Shown: piece by piece, positions 39,891 through 47,458 of the stretch
How positions within the stretch are numbered: the stretch's first letter is position 1
Layout of the letters: each line of letters starts with the position of its first letter
Source of the DNA: Patescibacteria group bacterium
GTDB taxonomy: Bacteria; Patescibacteriota; Patescibacteriia; Buchananbacterales; UBA6539
Length of the DNA stretch: 64,000 bases
Direction: 5' to 3'
Assembly: GCA_041649675.1 (NCBI GenBank)
Contig: JBAZMQ010000002.1
Span: 1,920-65,919, forward strand
The notes under the pieces: generated by a model
What the model was told of the DNA's origin: nothing
Seen by the model: the letters and a program-made list of their open reading frames with translations, nothing else
Database searches by the model: none
Made by a program: the position numbers and the translations under genes

Positions 39891-41438
39891 TTACTGGTGG
39901 TGGTTTTGGTTGCAGATGTTAATGGCTGCTTCAGCCGCATAAATTGCCGCCATCACCTGGTCAGTATCCAAGCCAACGGTTTGGAATTCGCCCTCACCAT
40001 TTGGCCCTTTCCAGCGGATATTGGCTTGCACAATAGCCGCATAAGTTCCGCCAGGCGGAATCTTGAGATCGTAGTCAATTAGCTTGGGTACTGAAATCTT
40101 ATGCTGCTTGGCCCACTTGACCAAGGCGTTCATAAAAGCATCAAATCCGCCATCACCATGAGCGGAAATCTCATATTGCCGCTTATAATAAACGATAGTA
40201 GCTGCAGCGGTTGCCCGGCGACCAATCGTTGACTGGGTCGTGGCATGCTCGACTCGAAAAACAATCACGTCAGGCCGATTCAAGACTTCAGCAATAATGT
40301 AAGGCAGGTCAGCAATGGTTACCGGCTTACCTTCATCGCCCAGTTTGGTGACTCTAGTAGAGACAGCATTGATTTCTTCGTCATTCAGAGTCAGGCCAAA
40401 ACGGGCAGCGTTACTGCGAATACTAGCCTTACCGGAAAGTTTGCCAAGAGAATGCTCAACTCTAATGCCTAAACGGCCAGCCGTCAGACATGGATGAACA
40501 TAGAGCCCGGCCTTAAGATCACCATCAACATGGACACCGGCGGTGGTAACGAAAACATTGCCAGCGATTGGTTTGCTCGGCGACACTCGTCGACCAGACA
40601 TCATGGCAACCACTTGGCTAGCCGGGCGAAGGTGAGCTTCTTGCACTCCGGTGCAAAAACCGCGCAGATGATCGGTAATACCCACTACCACCTCATCCAA
40701 AGCCGCGTTGCCGGCTCTTTCGCCTAAGCCATTAACGGTTAAGTGAACACCAGAGATAGCCCCAGTTTTAACCGCCGCCAACGAATTGGCAACAGCCAAA
40801 CCGTAGTCATTGTGACCGTGAAAGTCATAGCGAAGCTTAGGCTGCCAGCGACTAGTTTGAGTGATAAAGTCAGCAACCTGCCAAGGACTTAAAACGCCCA
40901 TGGTGTCACAAAGCATTGCTCGGCTAATCGGCAACTTAGCCAATCCGGCCAAAAGTTTTTTAACATACTGAGGCGAATTAAGCATGCCTTGAGACCAATC
41001 CTCCAGATACACATTAACCATCAAGCCGTGAGAAATAGCATACTTAACCGTTATTTCAATGTCTGCCAGATGCTGCTCTAAACTCTTGCGTAACTGGCCT
41101 TCGCAGTGCTTAAGCGAACCTTTGCACAGCAAGTTCATCACTTTGCCGCCACCACTCCTGATCCAGTCAACCGACTTTTTGCCGTCAACAAAACCAAGCA
41201 CTTCAATTCGATCGGCAAAGCCATGTTTGGTGGCCCACTCCATAACCGTAGCCAGCATCTGCTTTTCACCTTCAGAAACCAAAGCCGATGTCACTTCAAT
41301 ACGATCAACCATTAGTTGGGTTAAGGCATTGATGACATAAGCCAATTTCTGCTTGGGCCGAAAACTGACACCCGGCGTTTGTTCTCCATCACGCAAAGTG
41401 ACGTCAGCAACTTCAATTTGTTTCTCTTTCCTTGACAT
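39891..41438 (-). CDS. LeuA-family synthase paralog, likely (R)-citramalate synthase CimA (isoleucine branch) given its Ile-rich leader
   Basis: N-terminus DVTLRDGEQTPG; HGHNDYGLAVANSLAAV; LeuA-type C-terminal domain. The CimA-versus-IPMS assignment is inferred from the leader. Confidence 0.7.
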   Translation of the reverse strand: MSRKEKQIEVADVTLRDGEQTPGVSFRPKQKLAYVINALTQLMVDRIEVTSALVSEGEKQMLATVMEWATKHGFADRIEVLGFVDGKKSVDWIRSGGGKVMNLLCKGSLKHCEGQLRKSLEQHLADIEITVKYAISHGLMVNVYLEDWSQGMLNSPQYVKKLLAGLAKLPISRAMLCDTMGVLSPWQVADFITQTSRWQPKLRYDFHGHNDYGLAVANSLAAVKTGAISGVHLTVNGLGERAGNAALDEVVVGITDHLRGFCTGVQEAHLRPASQVVAMMSGRRVSPSKPIAGNVFVTTAGVHVDGDLKAGLYVHPCLTAGRLGIRVEHSLGKLSGKASIRSNAARFGLTLNDEEINAVSTRVTKLGDEGKPVTIADLPYIIAEVLNRPDVIVFRVEHATTQSTIGRRATAAATIVYYKRQYEISAHGDGGFDAFMNALVKWAKQHKISVPKLIDYDLKIPPGGTYAAIVQANIRWKGPNGEGEFQTVGLDTDQVMAAIYAAEAAINICNQNHHQ

Positions 41439-41545
41439 AGACTGCTATCCTCCATGACGCCCTAGCGTCTTGTTTCTGCCTTTTTCCAAATCAATGAATT
41501 GCTAAAGAGCGTCTTACTAAAACTACTGGTTCAAGCAAGACAATC

Positions 41546-41574
41546 AAAAAAGCCTTCCGAGTGGAAGGCTTTTT
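41546..41574 (-). terminator. Attenuator terminator of the isoleucine leader (GCCUUCC-ACUC-GGAAGGC + U6)
   Basis: Perfect 7-bp stem. The antiterminator partner GGGUGGAAGC is at 41608-41617, and the 5' end of the leader ORF CUUUCCACC gives 1:2 pairing. Confidence 0.65.
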
Positions 41575-41592
41575 GTATCGTCTAACTTGATG

Positions 41593-41673
41593 TTATCTCA
41601 TAAGAAAGCTTCCACCCTGAGGCTGGCTAATAATGATAATGCTGATAATAATGTTTTTTCTGGTGGAAAGCAT
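41593..41673 (-). CDS. Leader peptide MLSTRKNIIISIIIISQPQGGSFLMR (Ile-rich)
   Basis: 7 Ile in 8 consecutive codons. The tail SQPQGG is shared with the Leu leader. Confidence 0.65.
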   Translation of the reverse strand: MLSTRKNIIISIIIISQPQGGSFLMR

Positions 41674-41687
41674 AATTGTATTTTTCT

Positions 41688-41716
41688 ATCTTAAAGGATT
41701 ACCCAAAAAAAGTCAA
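41688..41716 (-). promoter_or_regulatory. Promoter TTGACT-N17-TAAGAT for the isoleucine leader
   Basis: Sequence match; ~14 nt to the ATG. Confidence 0.5.
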
Positions 41717-41942
41717 GCCAAACAAAAGATTTATCTATCTTTAACAAAAATTAACCTCCAAGCTATATTTGCGCTGCCCAGGCAAAAACATAGCCTAAAA
41801 TTGAGAGGGTTAACATAATAGCAAAAATGGATAAACCCAAAAACGTACCGGCTTCAGTCAAACTTTTTAACCGCGGCTTTGGCTTACAGCGATAATTGTG
41901 GCTTAAATATGGCATTAATAAAAAAAATAAAAACCCAATTAA

Positions 41943-42119
41943 TTAGCTGATATGATCATCAACGAATTTAATCAGGTCTTTTTCTAAAACACGATAAGTT
42001 TTGTGGCCAATTTTGGCTGCTCGTAATTTTTTCGAACTAACCCAACGGTAAACCGTCTTTTGGCTTACCTTCATAATCTTGGCGACTTCCTCAAGCGTTA
42101 AAATTCCGTAATTAGACAC
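41943..42119 (-). CDS. Small excisionase-family helix-turn-helix DNA-binding protein (58 aa, GTG start)
   Basis: LTLEEVAKIMKVSQKTVYRWVSSKKLRAAKIGHKTYRVLEKDLIKFVDD matches the excisionase/MerR-type HTH pattern. Not in the ORF track because it is under 60 aa. Confidence 0.55.
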   Translation of the reverse strand: MSNYGILTLEEVAKIMKVSQKTVYRWVSSKKLRAAKIGHKTYRVLEKDLIKFVDDHIS

Positions 42120-42321
42120 AAAAATAAATTTGGTGACCTAATGGTCAACTTATTTAAATTGTACAAGATTGTGTCCACCATTGTCAAGCATAAGTAAACT
42201 ATAATAGCAATATAATATACTATTGTCCTGCATTGTCCAATACCAAAATATTCAAAATAACTAAAAAATGGCTTTTTAAGGCCATTTTTTAAAAATATAC
42301 TAAATTTTAATTCCCTACCTT

Positions 42322-42921
42322 TTAGGACTCAAACATCACGTCTTCATCAGTCCTTTTGTAGTTATCCACAATATCATTTTTCTTAAACCAAAGCTGCTCC
42401 TCATACTTAGCTTCTTCAGGGTTACCGGAAGCATGCACGATATTTCTGACCGCTCGTTTTTTAGTATTAGCCAAAGCCGGCGAATCAATTGAATAATCTC
42501 CCCGAATGGTCCCTGGCGTAGCAAAAACTGGCAAAGTATTTCCGGCAATTGACCGAACATTATCAATTGCATGAACACCTTCCAAAAGAATGGCAATAAC
42601 CGGGCCGGAAGTAATAAAATCAATATTCCATTTGTTTACCATCTGGCCAATTTCTTCAGCTGACATCTTACCAAAATCTTCTCCCGGATCCATACCGTAT
42701 TTTTCATAAGTCTGCAAAGTTTTTTCCCCAATCCCTTTTAGCAATTCCTTTCGCGAATCGGGATAATGTTTATTGGCTAAATCTTTATCAGCCCAAACCA
42801 TTTTTAAACCTAAGATCTTTAAACCCATTTTTTCAAAACGGGTAATAACCTCCCCTATCAAACCACGTTTAACACCGTCAGGTTTGACTAGGACTACTGT
42901 TCTTTCTTTTCTTAATTCCAT
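42322..42921 (-). CDS. ndk: Nucleoside diphosphate kinase (long form with insertion); start at MELRKE
   Basis: VVLVKPDGV; NIVHASGNPEEA (active-site His). The ORF-track start at 42975 would overlap the upstream receiver gene. Confidence 0.7.
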   Translation of the reverse strand: MELRKERTVVLVKPDGVKRGLIGEVITRFEKMGLKILGLKMVWADKDLANKHYPDSRKELLKGIGEKTLQTYEKYGMDPGEDFGKMSAEEIGQMVNKWNIDFITSGPVIAILLEGVHAIDNVRSIAGNTLPVFATPGTIRGDYSIDSPALANTKKRAVRNIVHASGNPEEAKYEEQLWFKKNDIVDNYKRTDEDVMFES

Positions 42922-42943
42922 AAATTTATTTTTAACCTGTCTG

Positions 42944-43324
42944 CTAGGCAGGCAGGAATGATTTAATTTTTTCAACCACCTGACTTGGCGTCATTGAAGC
43001 TTTTACTATGTAATCAGTTGCACCCAAACTTTGACCTTTTTCAATATCTGCCTTTTGGCCTAAGTTAGACAACAACAGAACCGGAATGTCTTTAGTTTTT
43101 GCATCTTTTTTTAACTCAATCAAAACGGCAAAGCCATCCATTTTCGGCATCATGATATCCAAGAGGATCATGCTTGGTGATTCCTTTTGAGCCAGATCTA
43201 AACCACTGAGTCCATCCTCAGCATTAATGATGTTGTAACCCGAATCTTTAAATTTCAAAGTGTACATTTCAAGAAGTGATTTGTCGTCTTCAATAAGTAA
43301 AATTTTGTATTTTGTATTTTCCAT
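42944..43324 (-). CDS. Single-domain response regulator (receiver only)
   Basis: EDD...MILLDIMMPKMDG...K motifs; 126 aa. Confidence 0.85.
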   Translation of the reverse strand: MENTKYKILLIEDDKSLLEMYTLKFKDSGYNIINAEDGLSGLDLAQKESPSMILLDIMMPKMDGFAVLIELKKDAKTKDIPVLLLSNLGQKADIEKGQSLGATDYIVKASMTPSQVVEKIKSFLPA

Positions 43325-43375
43325 ATAAAAACATTATAGCAAAATATCAAATATTTTTCAAGTGAAATAATATTT

Positions 43376-44230
43376 TTAGCGCCAAAATTTTTGACCATCG
43401 GAATGAATTATTATGTCACCAGCGGCAAAAGTGCTTAACCAAGAGATTTTTAACTGTTCCAGGCGCTGTAGAACTTGCGGACTCGGATGGCCAAATTTAT
43501 TAACCCCAAAAGAAATTATTGCCAAGTCTGGCTTAGCTTTGATTAAAAAATTTTGGCTTGAGCAAGTATTGCTGCCATGATGTCCAAGCTTTAAAACATC
43601 GGTTGAAATTGGTATTTTACTAGCCAATAAGTAATCCTCTATCTTAATTGGTGCATCCCCCGTAAATAACGAGGAAAAATGATTATAATTTAATTTTACA
43701 ACAATCGATGAATCGTTTTTTTCTTTAAAATTTTTGCCAGCCAGTGATTGCTGCGGATAAAGAATTGATAAACTAACCTCCTGACCCAAATTTATTCCCT
43801 TAACATCACCAGCGACCAAAACCGACAAATTTTTATCTTTAATCGTTTGCCAAAAACTTTTATAAACAGCAGAGTCATCAGAAATTTTAGTCAACAAAAT
43901 ATTTTTAACTTGGTAGCGTTTTAAAACTTCAATCAAACCGACCAAATGATCACTGTCGGGATGAGTTAAAATTACTAAATCAATTGTTCGGTCGTAAAAA
44001 GGCAAATATTTTCCTAATTTATACAAAACTAAATTATTCACTCCCCCATCAATTAAAATATTGTAACGGTTTGGGGTTTTGATAAAAATACTGTCACCCT
44101 GGCCGACATCAAAAAAATAAATCTGTAAATTAGCCGGTTGAAGTTGAAAAAATAAAACTGCGGCGGTCAAAAGTAAAACAATGGTTAAGGTGGCATAAAA
44201 GCTTAAAATAATTTTCTTGGATTTTTTCAT
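43376..44230 (-). CDS. ComEC C-terminal metallo-beta-lactamase-domain protein with N-terminal TM anchor (ATG start 44230; TTG-extended ORF reaches 44281)
   Basis: DVGQGDS, HPDSDH, GHHGS MBL motifs. Confidence 0.7.
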   Translation of the reverse strand: MKKSKKIILSFYATLTIVLLLTAAVLFFQLQPANLQIYFFDVGQGDSIFIKTPNRYNILIDGGVNNLVLYKLGKYLPFYDRTIDLVILTHPDSDHLVGLIEVLKRYQVKNILLTKISDDSAVYKSFWQTIKDKNLSVLVAGDVKGINLGQEVSLSILYPQQSLAGKNFKEKNDSSIVVKLNYNHFSSLFTGDAPIKIEDYLLASKIPISTDVLKLGHHGSNTCSSQNFLIKAKPDLAIISFGVNKFGHPSPQVLQRLEQLKISWLSTFAAGDIIIHSDGQKFWR

Positions 44231-44237
44231 ACTTAAA

Positions 44238-45641
44238 TCAGAAATTAAGAGCAGCCAAAGGCAAGCTGCTAAAAAAAGCAATTGTTTTTATTAAATAAGT
44301 CATTATTAACCAAACTGGCCAAAAGAAATATAACGAGGCAAAAGGAAATAAAAAACTAAGCATTAATGAACCAAAACCAATTATGGTTAAAGGCAATATC
44401 ATTGGCACCACTAATAAATTAACTATTGGGCCACTCAAAGACAGGCGGCCAAAATTAAAAACAATTACTGGCATCGTTGCCACTTGCGCTGCTAAAGTCA
44501 TGGCTAAAGCTTCAGTTAAGCCAAAGCGTGAAGGCAGCTTGGCCAGTTTAGCCTCAAAAAAAGGATAAAAATAAATCAACCCAATAACGGCTAAAAAAGA
44601 AAGCTGAAAACCAACATCATCGCGTAAAATTTTTGGACTTAAAAAAATCATTACCGAAGCCGAAAGCAGTAAAGCGTTGGTTGAACGATTCAATCGGCCA
44701 ACATAAATTGCTAACATTGAAATCCAGCCCATAATCGCTGCCCGAACAGCTGAAGCCGGAAAACCAATCATAGTAATAAAAAAAATTAAAATCAAAGTGA
44801 TTAACCAAAATGATTTTTTTCTAGAAATATAGCAAGCTAAACACACTTCCAATAAAATTGCCGAGATGATGGTAATGTTCATACCTGAAATGGCAACCAA
44901 ATGGCTGGTACCGGTAGTTGAAAAATTATCAGATACTTCCTGAGGAATGCCGCCGCGCGAACCAAAGTTCATGGCAAAAAATAAACTGGCCTGCGGTTCG
45001 GGTAAATTCGCATTAACAATTTGCAAGACTTCATTTTTAAAAACAAAAATTTGCTGCAAGAAATAATTACCCTGACTTGATTTAATTAAACTAACTTTGG
45101 GATAAGAACAAATAACATAAATATCATCTTTAGCTAAAAAGCGATCATAAGCAAAACCGGAAAAAGGTTCAGGCTTTTTTAGTAGACAAGAAACCGAAAG
45201 TAAATCACCGTATTGATACTGCGGATATAAACTAACATTAAGTAAAACTTTACCACTCACAGGAAACGGTCGACCATTGACTATTAACTGCTTGGCTTGC
45301 ACGATTAACTTTATTTTATCAATTCGCACGTCGGGTTCTTTAATAACCAAACCTTCAAAGCTAACTTTTTGATTATTATAAAACCAAATTTTTGTTTCTG
45401 AACTTACAGGCAGACTTAATTGATATCGCAATATACCTAAAGCCAAAAATATTATACCGAGGCAAAAGTAACGCCAAGTCGGTTTTGACCAAAACGATGC
45501 CACTAAAACCAAACTAAATAAGATAATTAAAAAAACAAAAAAATAATCAACCAAAACAAAGGACGCCAGGCCAATGCCAGCAATAAATAATAGCAGAAAA
45601 TAGCGAAAAATTTTAGATTTGGTGGATAACATATTTGACAA
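44238..45641 (-). CDS. ComEC/Rec2 N-terminal part (DUF4131 + competence channel domain), ends 7 nt before the MBL-domain gene in another frame
   Basis: Polytopic; OB-like N-terminal region; ComEC-type TM core. Confidence 0.65.
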   Translation of the reverse strand: MSNMLSTKSKIFRYFLLLFIAGIGLASFVLVDYFFVFLIILFSLVLVASFWSKPTWRYFCLGIIFLALGILRYQLSLPVSSETKIWFYNNQKVSFEGLVIKEPDVRIDKIKLIVQAKQLIVNGRPFPVSGKVLLNVSLYPQYQYGDLLSVSCLLKKPEPFSGFAYDRFLAKDDIYVICSYPKVSLIKSSQGNYFLQQIFVFKNEVLQIVNANLPEPQASLFFAMNFGSRGGIPQEVSDNFSTTGTSHLVAISGMNITIISAILLEVCLACYISRKKSFWLITLILIFFITMIGFPASAVRAAIMGWISMLAIYVGRLNRSTNALLLSASVMIFLSPKILRDDVGFQLSFLAVIGLIYFYPFFEAKLAKLPSRFGLTEALAMTLAAQVATMPVIVFNFGRLSLSGPIVNLLVVPMILPLTIIGFGSLMLSFLFPFASLYFFWPVWLIMTYLIKTIAFFSSLPLAALNF

Positions 45642-45708
45642 ATAGATTAAAAAAGAGGGTAATGAAATTAGGAATTATCACGGTGTTTCCGTAGAAAGGA
45701 GGCGAGCC

Positions 45709-46038
45709 ATGCCTTCCACCATTGCTTCAGAAAGAATTAGCCTTGCTGAATACCTGCAAATGCAAAAGGAAGAAGTTTACAGCGATCTGAATCGTTTAGG
45801 CGCTTGCCAAGAATTTGGTCCAAATCCAACCGATAATCAACTGTGGCAGCACTATATCCACTCTCGCCGAGCCGAAGAAATGGCTGGCATTCACAGCGAT
45901 CTCAATATTCTCGGTTCCAGCGAAGTTATTGGTTGCGATGTTATGTCTTTGTCCTTTGAGCTGCGTGAAGCCGTTCTGACGGCCACCTATCAATTCTGGC
46001 AAATCATCTGCGCCAACCAAGCGGCTAAAAACAATTAG
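45709..46038 (+). CDS. Hypothetical 109-aa protein (plus strand, own RBS AGGAGG and terminator)
   Basis: ATG 8 nt after AGGAGG. Hairpin + T7 at 46040-46075. G+C higher than the neighbours. No recognisable domain. Confidence 0.5.
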   Translation: MPSTIASERISLAEYLQMQKEEVYSDLNRLGACQEFGPNPTDNQLWQHYIHSRRAEEMAGIHSDLNILGSSEVIGCDVMSLSFELREAVLTATYQFWQIICANQAAKNN

Positions 46039-46164
46039 CGCCCGAGGACTCTCTAATTTGAGCCCTCATTTTTTTAAAAAAACAAAAACGCCCAAACCGG
46101 GCGCTATGTTGATTGTGTGTTGATTTATCTTGCCTATCTTGCTAAAAACTTATCTTGTGCCTTG

Positions 46165-47424
46165 TTACGTCCCAATCTCCCAGCTAGCCAAATATTTCTT
46201 CTGCTCTGCGGTTAAAGTATCAATACCCACTGCCATTGATTTCATTTTTGTCTTGGCAATCCAATTCTCAATTTCGGTTGGAATATAATAAACTTTATTC
46301 TGCATTTTTTTATAATTTTTAACCACGTATTCAGTGGCTAAAGCTTGGGTAGCAAAACTCATATCCATCACTGAAGCCGGATGACCTTCGGCCGCAGCTA
46401 AATTAATCAGTCTCCCCTCGCCCAACAAATAAATTCGGCGGTTATTTTTCAAAGTATACTCGTCAACAAAATTTCTGACATTCTTAGTTAATTTTTTAGC
46501 CAATTTTTTTAGAGCAATAATATCAATTTCAACGTCAAAATGTCCGGAGTTACAAACCACGGCACCATCTTTCATTTTCTTAAAATGCTCAGCGCGCAAA
46601 ACATGAATATCACCGGTCAGAGTACAAAATAAATCACCAATGGCTGCCGCTTTGGCCATGGGCATAACCCGAAAACCATCCATCACCGCCTCAATGGCTT
46701 TGATCGGATCAACTTCAGTCACAATCACGTTAGCGCCCATACCACGGGCTCGCATGGAAAAACCCTTGCCACACCAACCATAACCAGCTACCACCACATT
46801 TTTACCGGCTAACAAAATATCGGTCGCCCGAATAATACCATCCAAAGTTGATTGGCCAGTGCCGTAACGATTATCAAACATATTCTTAGTCTTGGCATCA
46901 TTGACCGCAATAATCGGTACTAACAACTTACCTTCTTTTTCCAAAGCTTTTAAACGAATCACACCAGTAGTGGTTTCTTCCATTGAACCTTTGACCTTAA
47001 AAGCCTGATCTTTATATTTGGTATGAAGTAATGATAATAAATCAGCGCCATCATCCATGGTAATTTCCGGCTGATGTTTGATCGCGGCAACTAAATTACT
47101 ATAATAACTTTTTTTATCTTCGCCGCACTTGGCAAACACTTTAATCCCATAATTTTTAACTAAAGCGGCTGCCACATCGTCTTGAGTCGAAAGCGGATTA
47201 GAAGCACAAAGCAAAACATCAGCCCCGCCAGCCTTTAAAGTCCGAACCAAGTTAGCGGTTTCGCAAGTAACATGCAAGCAGCAAGAAATTTTTAAACCTT
47301 TCAAAGTTTTAGCTTTAGCAAATCGTTTTTTAATTTCACCCAAAACCGGCATATCGCGCTCAGCCCATTCAATTCTTTTTTTACCCTCGGCCGCTAATTT
47401 GATATTTTTGACGTCGTATTTCAT
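46165..47424 (-). CDS. ahcY: Adenosylhomocysteinase
   Basis: [12 protein letters not shown]-terminal motif; NAD Rossmann [12 protein letters not shown]; 419 aa. Confidence 0.9.
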   Translation of the reverse strand: MKYDVKNIKLAAEGKKRIEWAERDMPVLGEIKKRFAKAKTLKGLKISCCLHVTCETANLVRTLKAGGADVLLCASNPLSTQDDVAAALVKNYGIKVFAKCGEDKKSYYSNLVAAIKHQPEITMDDGADLLSLLHTKYKDQAFKVKGSMEETTTGVIRLKALEKEGKLLVPIIAVNDAKTKNMFDNRYGTGQSTLDGIIRATDILLAGKNVVVAGYGWCGKGFSMRARGMGANVIVTEVDPIKAIEAVMDGFRVMPMAKAAAIGDLFCTLTGDIHVLRAEHFKKMKDGAVVCNSGHFDVEIDIIALKKLAKKLTKNVRNFVDEYTLKNNRRIYLLGEGRLINLAAAEGHPASVMDMSFATQALATEYVVKNYKKMQNKVYYIPTEIENWIAKTKMKSMAVGIDTLTAEQKKYLASWEIGT

Positions 47425-47458
47425 TATTTTTTTAATTAATCTTAACTAAAATATTCTA

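Noticed and set aside
41633-41818. 61-aa plus-strand ORF
   Set aside because: It overlaps the Ile-leader promoter and leader on the opposite strand. Its hydrophobic low-complexity translation comes from the A+T-rich sequence.
42120-42321. Integrase or att direct repeat marking the island boundary
   Set aside because: There is no integrase ORF and no repeat of the tRNA-Pro 3' end in 41.8-42.3 kb. Only the small excisionase-family HTH gene remains, so the boundary is inferred from composition alone.
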